IMG/VR virus record: IMGVR_UViG_3300041583_000345
Coordinates: 1-64,000 of that record
Reading direction: 5' to 3' (one strand)
Source of the DNA: a virus
DNA: 64,000 bases
Both the position numbers and the translations under genes were made by a program. Shown piece after piece: positions 32,135-42,600 of the stretch (position 1 is the first letter of the stretch; each line of letters begins with the position of its first letter). The notes under the pieces are model-generated. The model was not told the DNA's origin. It searched no databases and saw nothing but the letters and a program-made list of their open reading frames with translations.

Positions 32135-32839
32135 TTATTTAATTGATAATTCTATGTTTTTGTAAAACTCTGCTTTGGCCGAGTCTTCATGTAAAAATGC
32201 ACCGGACAGTTTAGCTGTCTGCATAGCGGCTCCTTGATGTTTTACTCCTCTACAGGATACACAAGCATGAGTTGCATTAATCATAACAGCTACTCCTTGA
32301 TTTCCTTCACAAATCTTATTAACTGCATTCCAGATTGCTACTGTTAATTGCTCTTGTATAGCACCTCTTCTGCTGAATTGTTCAACAATCCTATTAAGTT
32401 TAGATAACCCCACTACTTTTCCGTCTTCTGAAGCAATATAAGCAATACTCACTTCTCCTCTGATTTGCTGGTGATGGTGAGAACACATTGATGTTACAGG
32501 TATTCTACTTTCTTGAACGATTCCATCATATCCATCCGAAGGGAAAGCAGTAACCCTATCTAAAGGGGAGTATCTTCCTGCCCATAAATCATTTACGTAC
32601 GCTTTAGCTACTCTCATTGGAGTATCGGAAGAATTAGGATCTGCTTTATAATCTACCCCTAAAGCTGTAAGGAAATCTGCAAATGCTGTAGATGCATTTA
32701 CAATAATAGTACTTTTTTCAATTTCGGTAAGGGTAGCTTCTGGGCCGTCTTTTAGTTGTTTAGCTGCTAACTGTGTTGAGATTCCGTTTGCAAATCCTGC
32801 TTGAACTAATTCAGTTCCGGTAATAAACTTTTTTGACAT
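32135..32839 (-). CDS. folE: GTP cyclohydrolase I
   Basis: TPMRVAK, SMCSHH, GLSKLNR, IQEQLT, HACVSCRG. Confidence 0.96.
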   Translation of the reverse strand: MSKKFITGTELVQAGFANGISTQLAAKQLKDGPEATLTEIEKSTIIVNASTAFADFLTALGVDYKADPNSSDTPMRVAKAYVNDLWAGRYSPLDRVTAFPSDGYDGIVQESRIPVTSMCSHHHQQIRGEVSIAYIASEDGKVVGLSKLNRIVEQFSRRGAIQEQLTVAIWNAVNKICEGNQGVAVMINATHACVSCRGVKHQGAAMQTAKLSGAFLHEDSAKAEFYKNIELSIK

Positions 32840-32881
32840 TCTTATAACTTTTGTTTATATTTAAATATATGAATTACTTTT

Positions 32882-33301
32882 CTATATAACAAGATAATCT
32901 TGTACTGTTTTTGAATTTTTTTCTTCCCACGGGTACACCAGCCAGTCTCCATGTTCAATATGCTCACCAAAATAATCAGGGGCTATTGAGGACATGTCTC
33001 TGTATGCCAGTGTTGCGGTAATGAAAGATAGGGGAAGTATTTCCTCTAATGTCTTTCCGGTATCTGCTATATCGTCTAAGACTATAATTTTCTTACGAGA
33101 AACTCTCGGTAAATTTTTTGCTTGGCTAAAATCCATGTACGGTATTCCGTATCGATGTGAGAACATTATTGCAGGGATTAGTCCTCCTCTAGGTATTCCA
33201 GTAACTGCATAAATATCTAGGTTATCACCCTGTAACTTGTCTGCGATTGTATTGAGTTGATGAGACACCCATTCCCAATCTAAAAAAACCTTTTCTGCCA
33301 T
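32882..33301 (-). CDS. type I phosphoribosyltransferase (Gpt-like)
   Basis: GIPRGG; IIVLDDIADTGKTL PRPP loop; WLVYPWE. Confidence 0.85.
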   Translation of the reverse strand: MAEKVFLDWEWVSHQLNTIADKLQGDNLDIYAVTGIPRGGLIPAIMFSHRYGIPYMDFSQAKNLPRVSRKKIIVLDDIADTGKTLEEILPLSFITATLAYRDMSSIAPDYFGEHIEHGDWLVYPWEEKNSKTVQDYLVI

Positions 33302-33309
33302 AACTTAAT

Positions 33310-33729
33310 TTAAGTTTTAAATATTTGTTTTTTACCACCTTCGTATACGTAAGCGTGGTTATTTTCTATAAGAAGATTATTCAAGGAACTATTTTCTCCT
33401 TCGATAAAAATCTCAGCTAGCACCCTACCGAACTTTCCTTTCCCATAAGATTGAAGAGTAAATTTTCCGTCATTCTTTTCCATGTATTTTTTTGTAAAGG
33501 CTGTTGCTGCTTTTCCTTTTTTCTTTTCTTCTAGATCTCTTGTTCTGCTTTCCCAAGTATCAACGCCTTTAAGCCGTAATCTTGCTTTTACCCAGGTATC
33601 AAATCCTAAATCGATCATACAGTCTACTGTATCTCCGTCTACTACCCTTATTAATTTTGCTCCGTACTTATACATTGTATCCCTCTTAATCCTTAAAAAT
33701 GTGATAATTCTAAAACTCCTGTTTTCCAA
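33310..33729 (-). CDS. thermonuclease (SNase) family nuclease
   Basis: RVVDGDT, RLKGVDTWE, GKFGRVL. Confidence 0.88.
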   Translation of the reverse strand: MENRSFRIITFLRIKRDTMYKYGAKLIRVVDGDTVDCMIDLGFDTWVKARLRLKGVDTWESRTRDLEEKKKGKAATAFTKKYMEKNDGKFTLQSYGKGKFGRVLAEIFIEGENSSLNNLLIENNHAYVYEGGKKQIFKT

Positions 33730-33988
33730 GTTAATGTAGTTAAAGGCTGTTGATCTGCTTCTGTTGCAAATTCAATTGTTTTATGTCTTTGCGCTACAGT
33801 ATTACAGAAATCTAATAATTCCTGTATAGTTACATACTCTTCTTTAGCTCCTTCCCAAGGATCTTCTGATATAAGGTAAATGTAGGGGTAGTTTCCTTCT
33901 TTATAGTCCCATACTGGACTTCCGTTAATGGTAATTACGTTTGACATTTTGTCAATACTTTGATTTAAAATCTGGTCTAGTGTCATTT

Positions 33989-34300
33989 TTAATTTATAAA
34001 TTTAAGTCCAAAAAACTCGTAGTTCCTATGAACATACTCTTCTTCCCCGGCTTCTATTGCTTCTTCTTCTGTATCAAATATTGCAGAAACTGGGCATTCA
34101 GGTAAACATGCCCCACAGTCTATACATTCATCTGGGTTGATGTATAACATTTTTCCTTGTAGTTCGTCTTTAGACATTCCAAATACCTCTGCTCCGGCTC
34201 CAGTAATGTCTATTGGACCGTGAATACAGTCTACTGGGCATACATTAACGCAGGCAGTATCGCATGTACTAACACAAGGGCTACCTATTATATAGCTCAT
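33989..34300 (-). CDS. dicluster (7Fe/8Fe type) ferredoxin
   Basis: [17 protein letters not shown]...[13 protein letters not shown]. Confidence 0.92.
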   Translation of the reverse strand: MSYIIGSPCVSTCDTACVNVCPVDCIHGPIDITGAGAEVFGMSKDELQGKMLYINPDECIDCGACLPECPVSAIFDTEEEAIEAGEEEYVHRNYEFFGLKFIN

Positions 34301-34325
34301 TATCTTTAAATTAAATTTTTACTAC

Positions 34326-35141
34326 TTAGACGCAACGTTCTGATTCAAAAGCGATTATGTGCGGTCTCCAAGTCATTCTGTATCCATTATCTCTCACCCA
34401 GTCAAATAATAGGGGATATGATATAAATAGAGCTTCCCTACTGTCACCAGCCGGCATAAACCAAACTTTATCCTGGGGTATTTCTAATGTTTTAATGCAA
34501 TCTAATATTTCTTCCAATGCTTCTTGGTCTTTTCCGTCCCAGACCGGTTTTAAGTGGTAGCTTTTATGAAATAATATACTTTTTTTTATTGCATCATAGT
34601 TAAGCCTAAACTTATTATGCTGTTTAATCATTCTCTCATCAGTCACTTTACCTTCTGGGGTGAGTACACCGAGGACAGGGACAGAGTTGCTAAACTTAGG
34701 AGATATCGAAAGTAGATCGATAGGGTAATCAGTTTCCAGGTAATGGGACCCTTCGTTTTCCATTGTTATAAAAATACCCCTTTCATGTGCAAAGTGGGTT
34801 AATTCGTTTACTAACTTTGGATGCATTGTAGGGGCTCCCCCCGTCAACATCATTTCAGTAATATGAGGGTTATTCTTATACGCTTGAATTATATCATTAA
34901 AGTTGAATTTTCCTTTCTCTGGGTGTATAGAACTATACCAGCTATCACACCAGCCTCCTTCTCCGAAATAACATCTATGGGTACACCCTGTAGTTCTAAT
35001 AACTACTGTTGGATACCCTGCTCTTGAACCTTCTGACTGTACTGCTGTATACAGTTCTATGATAGGTAAAATTCTAGTATAATCTTCTATTCTACCTAAG
35101 CTCATACGATGCTGCGTTTTTAGCGTGTTCTCTAAATTCAA
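34326..35141 (-). CDS. queE: 7-carboxy-7-deazaguanine synthase (radical SAM)
   Basis: VQSEG, RTTGCTHRC...CDSWY, TGG, SISPK. Confidence 0.93.
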   Translation of the reverse strand: MNLENTLKTQHRMSLGRIEDYTRILPIIELYTAVQSEGSRAGYPTVVIRTTGCTHRCYFGEGGWCDSWYSSIHPEKGKFNFNDIIQAYKNNPHITEMMLTGGAPTMHPKLVNELTHFAHERGIFITMENEGSHYLETDYPIDLLSISPKFSNSVPVLGVLTPEGKVTDERMIKQHNKFRLNYDAIKKSILFHKSYHLKPVWDGKDQEALEEILDCIKTLEIPQDKVWFMPAGDSREALFISYPLLFDWVRDNGYRMTWRPHIIAFESERCV

Positions 35142-35559
35142 CTTTTGTTACTTTAACTCTTCCTTCGGTCTCTTCTAAGATAAACGGGGATACTTTATCA
35201 AATATAAATTTTGCAAAGCTTTCTGCTCCTGTTGCCGGTACAACTCTTACTTGAGATACACCTGCTTGTTCCATTTTTAAAAAAGAGTCTTTAAAGGGAT
35301 CATCTTCTGCTACTATATGAGTATGATCAAACATATAATCCATCCAATCTTTAGGGGACATACCGTCTATAGTTCCTTTAGCTCTTTTCATTCCGCCAAA
35401 ATCCCAAACCCAATTACGTTCATCTAATTCCCCTTCAAACCATAGTTGAAATGAAATTCCATAGCCATGTAAAAAACGGCAATGAGTTGTTTCTGCTCTC
35501 CATTGACGAAATACAGTAGAGTACCCGTCAAATACTTTTGTTGATGTAAATTTACCCAT
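35092..35559 (-). CDS. queD: 6-carboxytetrahydropterin synthase
   Basis: HCRFLHGY, WDFG, FDH, AE, REH motifs. Confidence 0.92.
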   Translation of the reverse strand: MGKFTSTKVFDGYSTVFRQWRAETTHCRFLHGYGISFQLWFEGELDERNWVWDFGGMKRAKGTIDGMSPKDWMDYMFDHTHIVAEDDPFKDSFLKMEQAGVSQVRVVPATGAESFAKFIFDKVSPFILEETEGRVKVTKVEFREHAKNAASYELR

Positions 35560-36064
35560 TTCTTTTATTTAAACTAATTCTTCGTATACTCCTACTGTTT
35601 CTGATATTACTAGCACTATTGCTGCTGCTCCAAAATCAAAAGGTATCAATATATAACCTAATATACGAATACCTGATTTAATAAATGACACTATCTGATG
35701 TTTTTTTGCATCAGGGTGGTTCATTGGGTTTAAGTGTGGTAATAGTGGGGTTTGTAGATTGTAAGGGTACTCTTCCTGTTCCGCCTTCAAAAATGAATGT
35801 CTCAGGTCTGCTTTGTAAAGTTCCTGTTCTAGGACTTCTTTTTCTACTTGGTTTTGTCTAAGGTTTGCCATTTTTTGTTTTTAGAGTGGGGCTACGACAC
35901 TTGTGTCTTATAATTCAATATAAGAAATATATTTTACTTATGCAACTATTTTTAAAAGTTTTTATAAGTAAAAGGGTCTCTTTTTTTAAGTTCAGCTATT
36001 TTCTTTCTATACTCTCTTTCTTTTCTCCAATTCCAAATTTTAGCTTTAATCCAATTTATTACTT

Positions 36065-37732
36065 TCATATCTTCTTGATTAAAAAATTATTTATTACCAG
36101 GTAGTTTATTTCTGAATCTATAAATCTCTCTATGGCTTGTTTAGGTGACATAGTGATTGTCTGGTCCTTTAAATTAAAAGAAGTATTTAACAGTACTCCT
36201 GCTCCTGTTACTCTTTTCATTTCCGATAGTAGATTATAATATTTTTCATTTTGCTTTTTACTTACTGTCTGTACTCTGCAAGTTTTATTTATATGGGTGG
36301 CAGCGGGGAAGGGGATTACATTGTGTGATGTTCTAGCAAAAGAGACTACGTTCATATAAGGGACTGGTTCTGTTGTCCCGAACCATTTATTTCCGTCTTC
36401 CTCTAATACTGAAGGTGCAAATGGTCTAAAACCTTCTCTTTTTTTAATTACATAATTAAGCTTTTCTCTCATTTTAGGATTTGCAGGAGAAGCTAATATA
36501 GATCTATTTCCTAATGCTCTTGCTCCAAATTCCATTTGACCTTGAAACCATGCTACTATATTTTGTGCAATTAAAAGTTCAGCTGTTTTTTTAATAATTT
36601 TTTCATCCGTAAGATGAAATGAAAGTACCCTATCTTCATATTTTCTAAGTTCTCTCTTTACCTCCGTGTCTGTGTACTCTGGGCCTAAGTAAGGGGATGA
36701 GTTCTCTTGGCTCTTTCCTTCATATTGGTAGAGACACGCTCCTATGGCTGAACCTGCATCAGAGGGTGCAAATGGTATATGTAAATGTTTAAAGTATTTA
36801 TATGCTTTAAAGTTTGCTACTCCATTATAAGCACATCCTCCTCCTATACATAAATTTTCAGATCCTGTGATAAGTTTAGCTTTTTCTACTAATACAAGAA
36901 ATCTCTCTTCATATACCTCTTGCAAAGCTGCTGCTAAGTTTTGATGTTCATGGGTTATAGGTTCTTCCGGCAGACGGGGGGGAATGCCCAGTAACCGGCA
37001 TAGATTTTTATTAAACATTATTTTATCTGAGTATTCCCATGTAAAATACTTCTGATCTATCCAGAATTTATTATCTGTAGTGAAAAAGATACTTTTAAGC
37101 TTGTCTTTAAATTGACTTGAATCTCCATATGGTGCAAGACCCATTACCTTATACTCTCCTTCATTAGGTTTGAATCCCAAGTAGGCTGTAAAGGTTGAGT
37201 AAAACATTCCTAGAGAATTAGGGAAATTAATTGATAAATGGTTGTAAATTCTATCCCCTCTACCTTCAGCGATTGTTGCTGTAGCCCATTCCCCTACTCC
37301 GTCTATTGTTAATATTGCAGAGGTTTGAAAATTTGAGGTATAATAGGTGAAAGCTGCATGGGAGAGGTGATGATCGGTATATGAAATTTTACCGGTATAT
37401 CCGATATTCTGTAAAAGGGTTTTTGGTGAATTGGCTTCTTGTTCTTTAAGAAATTTACGTTTTTGAAAAAATGTACTAATTGGTCTTTTTTTAAACGTAG
37501 TAACTACCCTATTTTTCTTTTTATCTGGGTTTTCATACCAACAAACTTCATCTATGTCTGTTAGTTTTATTCCTGATTCTTTAAGTAACCATTTAATTGA
37601 GTTAATCGGGAAGGAAGCATCATGTTTTATTTCTGTAAACCTTTCTTCTTCTACAGCATATAGAACTTTACCGTCTTTAACCAGACAGGCTGCTGAATCG
37701 TGATAAAAAGCAGATATACCTAGTTGTACCAT
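36065..37732 (-). CDS. NodU/CmcH family O-carbamoyltransferase
   Basis: YHDSAA, EERF, DHHLSHAA, IDGVGE, EYKVMGLAPYG, EFGARALGNRS, RPFAP, LNTSFN. Confidence 0.95.
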   Translation of the reverse strand: MVQLGISAFYHDSAACLVKDGKVLYAVEEERFTEIKHDASFPINSIKWLLKESGIKLTDIDEVCWYENPDKKKNRVVTTFKKRPISTFFQKRKFLKEQEANSPKTLLQNIGYTGKISYTDHHLSHAAFTYYTSNFQTSAILTIDGVGEWATATIAEGRGDRIYNHLSINFPNSLGMFYSTFTAYLGFKPNEGEYKVMGLAPYGDSSQFKDKLKSIFFTTDNKFWIDQKYFTWEYSDKIMFNKNLCRLLGIPPRLPEEPITHEHQNLAAALQEVYEERFLVLVEKAKLITGSENLCIGGGCAYNGVANFKAYKYFKHLHIPFAPSDAGSAIGACLYQYEGKSQENSSPYLGPEYTDTEVKRELRKYEDRVLSFHLTDEKIIKKTAELLIAQNIVAWFQGQMEFGARALGNRSILASPANPKMREKLNYVIKKREGFRPFAPSVLEEDGNKWFGTTEPVPYMNVVSFARTSHNVIPFPAATHINKTCRVQTVSKKQNEKYYNLLSEMKRVTGAGVLLNTSFNLKDQTITMSPKQAIERFIDSEINYLVINNFLIKKI

Positions 37733-38089
37733 AACTTTTATTTTTACTTTTATAGAAAATAGTGTTTATTTCTATATTAAACTATTTTTATTGATTTACT
37801 TTCAACTAATATCTTAATTTTAGTTGATACCATTTCTATGTCCTTAGCAGTTACCTTGTAAGTCTTAAAAATGGTTTTTTGTTCTCTGTAATCTATCCCG
37901 TTTAAAGTAAGAATAACCTTAATTAGTTTTTCTTTTTCTTTTTTGGTAAGAGAAGATGCAGGTGATGAGCTGTTACCTCCTTTTTTTATCTTCTCTAGTA
38001 TATAGTATACGTCTTGCCATATGAAATCAATATTATTCCATATAAAATCAGCATTACCCCATGTATAAGGTATCTTCATATGCTATACT

Positions 38090-40171
38090 TTAGACCATTG
38101 AAATATATCCAATACCTGCTCCTGTGATTGCACTAATAGCTGTAGTATTAAATTCTAGGTTGCTAAAAGCACCAATGTGGGTTCTACCAATCTGGTCACC
38201 AATTGCTGCTGTACCAACCATACTTAATTGTATACTTTCTGGGGAACGGTACCTAATTGGGGTTTCAATAGCTCCAATACCTTGTTGTCTGTAAGTTACC
38301 ATAAGTATTTTCGCTGGTACACCGCTTCCAAATGAAACCCAATTCCCAGCTGTTGGGGTTGTTGATGATAATAATAATGTTTGAATTGATTTCAAGTAAG
38401 TAACCGCTGATGTAGAACCTGCTAATGCTGCAACTGCTACTGTAGATGTAAATATAGCTGCTTTGGCTATTGAACTACCAAACAGAGATCCTAGTAAAGT
38501 ATTGTTAGAAACATAGCTTGCCATTGCTGGTGCTGAATTTACTATTAATCCAATTGCTACTGCGTTTCCTATTGCTATATTAATATTAGAGTGTCCTCCA
38601 AGTGCTATAAGTGCTGCTGTATTAGCAACAAATCCTGTCATAATAAGACTATTTCCCGCCACTATACTAAAGTTTGCACTTGTAGCAAGGGTAAGCATCG
38701 CATCTGAATTAGTTGCTAGTACTTCTGATGCTCCTGCGTTTGCATTTACTAGTGTTAAAGCTGATGCTTTAGCTATGATTTGAGCAAAGGTTGACATTAT
38801 TAAAGTTATTCCTGCAAGATTATAAGTTATTGCAAAAGCATTGTCTTCATAATAAGGGCTTCCTTTAAATTCTCCCCATCTTGTAGCGTTTGCATTAATA
38901 GCATTAATTGAAGTTGTTTTATTGGATACCGATGTCATTGCATTTTCGGAATTAAAAATAATATCTCTTATTCCTACTGTGGAGGTTGCACCAACTAAAA
39001 TTCCAACTGATATTGTATTAGACGATAATATAGGCATTCCTACAGAGTCGTTAATAGCAAGTGTTAAATTAGCGTGAGTAGATAATGCTGTTACACCTGC
39101 TGAATTTCCAGCAAGAGCAGTCATTATTACTGAATTGCTTTTTATAAGTGTAAAGTTTGTACCTGTAGCTATATTAACCATTGCAGTATTATTGCTTGCC
39201 AATGCAGCCATAATAACAGTATTACCTGTTACGATAGAAAGATTAGCGCTTGCACCCAATGTTAGCATTGCAGCACTACTTGAGGCTAATGCTTCTGATG
39301 CACCTTCATTTGCGTTAACTGCCCCTATTGCAACAGCGTCATTTATAATATCGTCAATTGTTGCAAAAGATAAAGGGTTAATTCCTGCTAGGTTTGCTAT
39401 TGTATTTTTTAAATTTGCCGCAAAGAAGTTACTTTCTTTATATGAAGCTCTTGCAAGACTATTAGCATATATCGTATCTACTGCTATCTTACTATTGGAA
39501 ATAGCAGCTACAGCCAATGACTTTGAAGACATTTCAAACATAGCTATTTCACTATTAGCAATAGCTGTCATACTTCTTTGGGAGTTTGTAATATAACCCA
39601 AAGCGGCTGCATTTGTTGCTACTAGTTCCATACCTATACTATTAACTGATGTTCTTAAAACTAAATCATCATCTTCTATGATAGCTCTAATTGCATTAGT
39701 ACTAGCTATGATTTGTGCCATTGCAACAGGGTCGGCAAATACATAAGTTCTATCAGGATATGCTACTAAATCTAATCCTGCAAAAACAGCAGCAGCATAG
39801 CCAAGATTATCTACAGCATAAGGACTTTGTAAGTATATGTCCCACGCTACCTGATTGTTTATGATTTTAGTTAGGGTTGGCAAGTTAAGTGTTACATTTA
39901 GCATTGTTACAGGATTTGCAGACATTGCTTGTGCGGCTGTAGAGTTATTTATGCTAGCTGCTCCAAAAACAGAATCCGTTGCTATTGGGCTTGCAATAAT
40001 AGCAGTGATTGCTAATTGGTTTGCCGCTAAACTCTTTGTTTCACTTCGCATCGAAAGAGCTTCTTCAAAACCTACCCTTGTTCCTGCATTAGATAACCTT
40101 GTATCTAATTCTGCACCCAATACCGTGCCTGATTTTATTGCTGTTAACAGTCTTCTTGTTGATAATTGCAT
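38090..40171 (-). CDS. Ala/Asn/Ser-rich internal-repeat protein, possible fibre/virion protein
   Basis: 693 aa with recurring NANxGASExLAxxSxAMLTL and xLAG modules. Confidence 0.7.
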   Translation of the reverse strand: MQLSTRRLLTAIKSGTVLGAELDTRLSNAGTRVGFEEALSMRSETKSLAANQLAITAIIASPIATDSVFGAASINNSTAAQAMSANPVTMLNVTLNLPTLTKIINNQVAWDIYLQSPYAVDNLGYAAAVFAGLDLVAYPDRTYVFADPVAMAQIIASTNAIRAIIEDDDLVLRTSVNSIGMELVATNAAALGYITNSQRSMTAIANSEIAMFEMSSKSLAVAAISNSKIAVDTIYANSLARASYKESNFFAANLKNTIANLAGINPLSFATIDDIINDAVAIGAVNANEGASEALASSSAAMLTLGASANLSIVTGNTVIMAALASNNTAMVNIATGTNFTLIKSNSVIMTALAGNSAGVTALSTHANLTLAINDSVGMPILSSNTISVGILVGATSTVGIRDIIFNSENAMTSVSNKTTSINAINANATRWGEFKGSPYYEDNAFAITYNLAGITLIMSTFAQIIAKASALTLVNANAGASEVLATNSDAMLTLATSANFSIVAGNSLIMTGFVANTAALIALGGHSNINIAIGNAVAIGLIVNSAPAMASYVSNNTLLGSLFGSSIAKAAIFTSTVAVAALAGSTSAVTYLKSIQTLLLSSTTPTAGNWVSFGSGVPAKILMVTYRQQGIGAIETPIRYRSPESIQLSMVGTAAIGDQIGRTHIGAFSNLEFNTTAISAITGAGIGYISMV

Positions 40172-40195
40172 AAATTTTATTTTAATTTGATTTTT

Positions 40196-40813
40196 CTACT
40201 TTGTTACAAAAAAAGGTGTTAATCTACTTGTTTCATCTTCATCAAGTTCATCTCTAAAATTTCTATCGTCGGTTGCCCATGCCGATTGTAAATCAGGAGC
40301 TGCTACATTTAAAAGCCACTGTCCGAATGGGATGGATGTTACTGGATCTACTGCGGTAAAGCAGGTTTCGTCATCATCAGGTTCTAATGTTGTGCCTACA
40401 AATATTAAAAGCCCAATACCTTCTATAACTACTGAATCATCGGAGCTGGGTAAGGGTGTAGAGGGTGTTCTTAAATTTCCTCTATTTTCATATATTAAAG
40501 TTTCAAGCTCTGTTTTACTTCTCTCTATTACTAAGGGAGTTCCACCTAAAAGTGAAACACCATTTACTGTACTTATGTTAACACCGTCTACAAGTGTTGC
40601 TTGTTTTGTAGCTGATTCTGTAATCGCTGCATCACTTAATGGTTTATCAGCATCTGATGTGTTATCTACTAAATTTACTTCCGTATTAACCTTGTTAATA
40701 ATATCTGCAAAATTTGCTACGGATGAAGATACATTTAATTGTTGTTGTGCTACAGCGTTTGTTAATGCTGTAGTGGCGGACGTCAACCCAGCTACTTCTG
40801 TTTCTAAAGACAT
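40196..40813 (-). CDS. hypothetical protein, possibly tail-associated
   Basis: N-terminal coiled segment; VDNTSDADKPLS motif seen in phage tail proteins. Confidence 0.55.
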   Translation of the reverse strand: MSLETEVAGLTSATTALTNAVAQQQLNVSSSVANFADIINKVNTEVNLVDNTSDADKPLSDAAITESATKQATLVDGVNISTVNGVSLLGGTPLVIERSKTELETLIYENRGNLRTPSTPLPSSDDSVVIEGIGLLIFVGTTLEPDDDETCFTAVDPVTSIPFGQWLLNVAAPDLQSAWATDDRNFRDELDEDETSRLTPFFVTK

Positions 40814-41227
40814 TTTGTTATTGGGTTATATAGTTTATAAAAATGGTTTGGGTATCTATAAGATTTGTTGCTACAGTAACCAGTGGTATTAAAGCAGCGT
40901 TTTGTGAGGCAGAAACGGCGGTTTCTATACGTCCATCTAAAGTAGAACTGATATCCCCAACTGTATCTAATAAATTTGTGGTTTGGGTGGTTAGGTTTAT
41001 AATTGATTCCTCTGTAGTCATAACTGTTGTTTTAATATATACTTAGCGTATATATTCTGTGTTTGAATTAAATTAGCTGCTTCACTTATTCTAAGTGGGA
41101 GTGTAATCGAGCTTATTGTTAATAAATTTCCTAAACCATCATATAATACATCGTCTACTATCTGCACTAATCTAGGGTAGGTATCTTGTATTAATGTGTC
41201 TGTAAGGTTATTACTCATTTATATACT

Positions 41228-41836
41228 TTATTTCTTTTTCGGTTCTGTTAATTCTCGTATTACTTTTAATTTAAATTCTGATATTTTTGAAGTGGGTATT
41301 TTGTATTTGTTTGCAATTTCTTTTACTATCTCCTGTGATATGCGGTTTCTTACTTCAGGTTTAAATTCTTTTATTTTCTCTCCTGATAGTACCTTGCGGG
41401 CTTCTAGTACTGCTAAAGTCCAATTTTGATTTTCTGCCTTATTGTCTGTATATTTACTTTCAACTAATTTATTGGGTTTTTGAGCTATTTCTACTGTGAC
41501 TTTCTTTTTACTAATTAGGGACTCACTTTTATTTACTACCTCTACAGTAACTTTCTTACTAACTTCTAAGACAAATTCATCTTGGTAGGGTACAAAATAG
41601 GTGTCTTCATCTACAATTACTTCTAGTTTTAATGTTCCTTTTAAGTGTTCTGGAAGTAATTTTAATTTTCCTAAATGGACTTTGCAGTTCCCTTCGGAGT
41701 TAATTACTCCGTTAAAAAGTAAACTTTGGTTGCTATTTTCCAATATTAAACGAGCTTTAGCGTTACTTAAATCTGCTCCTTCAACCGCTATTTTACATTC
41801 AAAATCTTCCTCTTTATCTTTATATATTATATGCAT
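41228..41836 (-). CDS. hypothetical protein
   Basis: 202-aa ORF downstream of a TATTTATA motif. Confidence 0.6.
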   Translation of the reverse strand: MHIIYKDKEEDFECKIAVEGADLSNAKARLILENSNQSLLFNGVINSEGNCKVHLGKLKLLPEHLKGTLKLEVIVDEDTYFVPYQDEFVLEVSKKVTVEVVNKSESLISKKKVTVEIAQKPNKLVESKYTDNKAENQNWTLAVLEARKVLSGEKIKEFKPEVRNRISQEIVKEIANKYKIPTSKISEFKLKVIRELTEPKKK

Positions 41837-41912
41837 AATACTGTTTAGTTACCTTATTTAATATAAATAGGAAGAAACTTATGTTATACCTTTTTTAAAG
41901 GGGTTTTAATAT

Positions 41913-41930
41913 TTAACATATTGGATAATA
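41913..41930 (-). promoter_or_regulatory. 3' trailer complementary to the tRNA-array leaders
   Basis: TATTATCCAATATGTTAA pairs with TTGACATATTGGATAATA at 47689-47706 (18 bp, one G-U). Confidence 0.75.
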
Positions 41931-41938
41931 TTAAAAAG

Positions 41939-42011
41939 TGGTCCCTACAGGATTCGAACCTGTGACCTTCTCGTTATGAGCGAGCTGCTCTACCATCTGA
42001 GCTAAGAGACC
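41939..42011 (-). tRNA. tRNA CAT (Ile2-like body or elongator Met)
   Basis: GGTCTCTTAGCTCAG...CTCATAA...GTTCGAATCC...GGGACCA. Confidence 0.9.
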
Positions 42012-42070
42012 TGGTCTTTTTTAGAGTTTTGAAATAGAACTCAAGGATATATCGACCTATAAAACTATTT

Positions 42071-42146
42071 TGGTAGCGGGGGTCAGACTCGAACTGACGA
42101 CCTTTGGGTTATGAGCCCAACGAGCTGCCTACTGCTCTACCCCGCG
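42071..42146 (-). tRNA. tRNA-fMet(CAT)
   Basis: C1:A72 mismatch, three G-C pairs in anticodon stem, encoded CCA. Confidence 0.95.
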
Positions 42147-42150
42147 ATTT

Positions 42151-42264
42151 GCTAATTAAAAAGGATTCGAACCTTAATCCTGTCTCTACTTTCATTCCCG
42201 TCATCTGCTAAACACAGATCGTAAAACTACTCCTTTCTGCTGTGCACCATTACACCGTAATTAA
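42151..42264 (-). ncRNA. tRNA-like RNA 1 (acceptor, D-like and T arms; expanded interior)
   Basis: TTAATTA/TAATTAG stem, GTG-TAATGGTG-CAC, AAGG-TTCGAAT-CCTT; 114 nt. Confidence 0.6.
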
Positions 42265-42311
42265 TCAAAGGATTGCAATCCTCCATAGTAAAGTTAATTA
42301 CTCTTTACATT

Positions 42312-42385
42312 TGCGGCCTATGAGAGTTTCAATCTCTCTACTCCATCGTGACAGGATGGGATGATAGTCAGTTCACCAATAGGCC
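42312..42385 (-). tRNA. tRNA-Asp(GTC)
   Basis: CCATC-CTGTCAC-GATGG; T-loop ATTGAAA. Confidence 0.9.
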
Positions 42386-42600
42386 AGTTTCACTTAGTGA
42401 GGATACTAAGCTAGATTTTAACGGTTTTATTTACTTTCAAACAAACACATTAGTGTCTTACCACATTAAAAAAAGTCAAATTACTGGGGGCTATATTACC
42501 TGCCTTTCTTCCTCAGAGGGTGGCATTAAGGATGTCCACCCTATTATCCCTATTTATTTTATAGACTCCATAGATGTCTTATTAAGTACCTCTTACTTAT

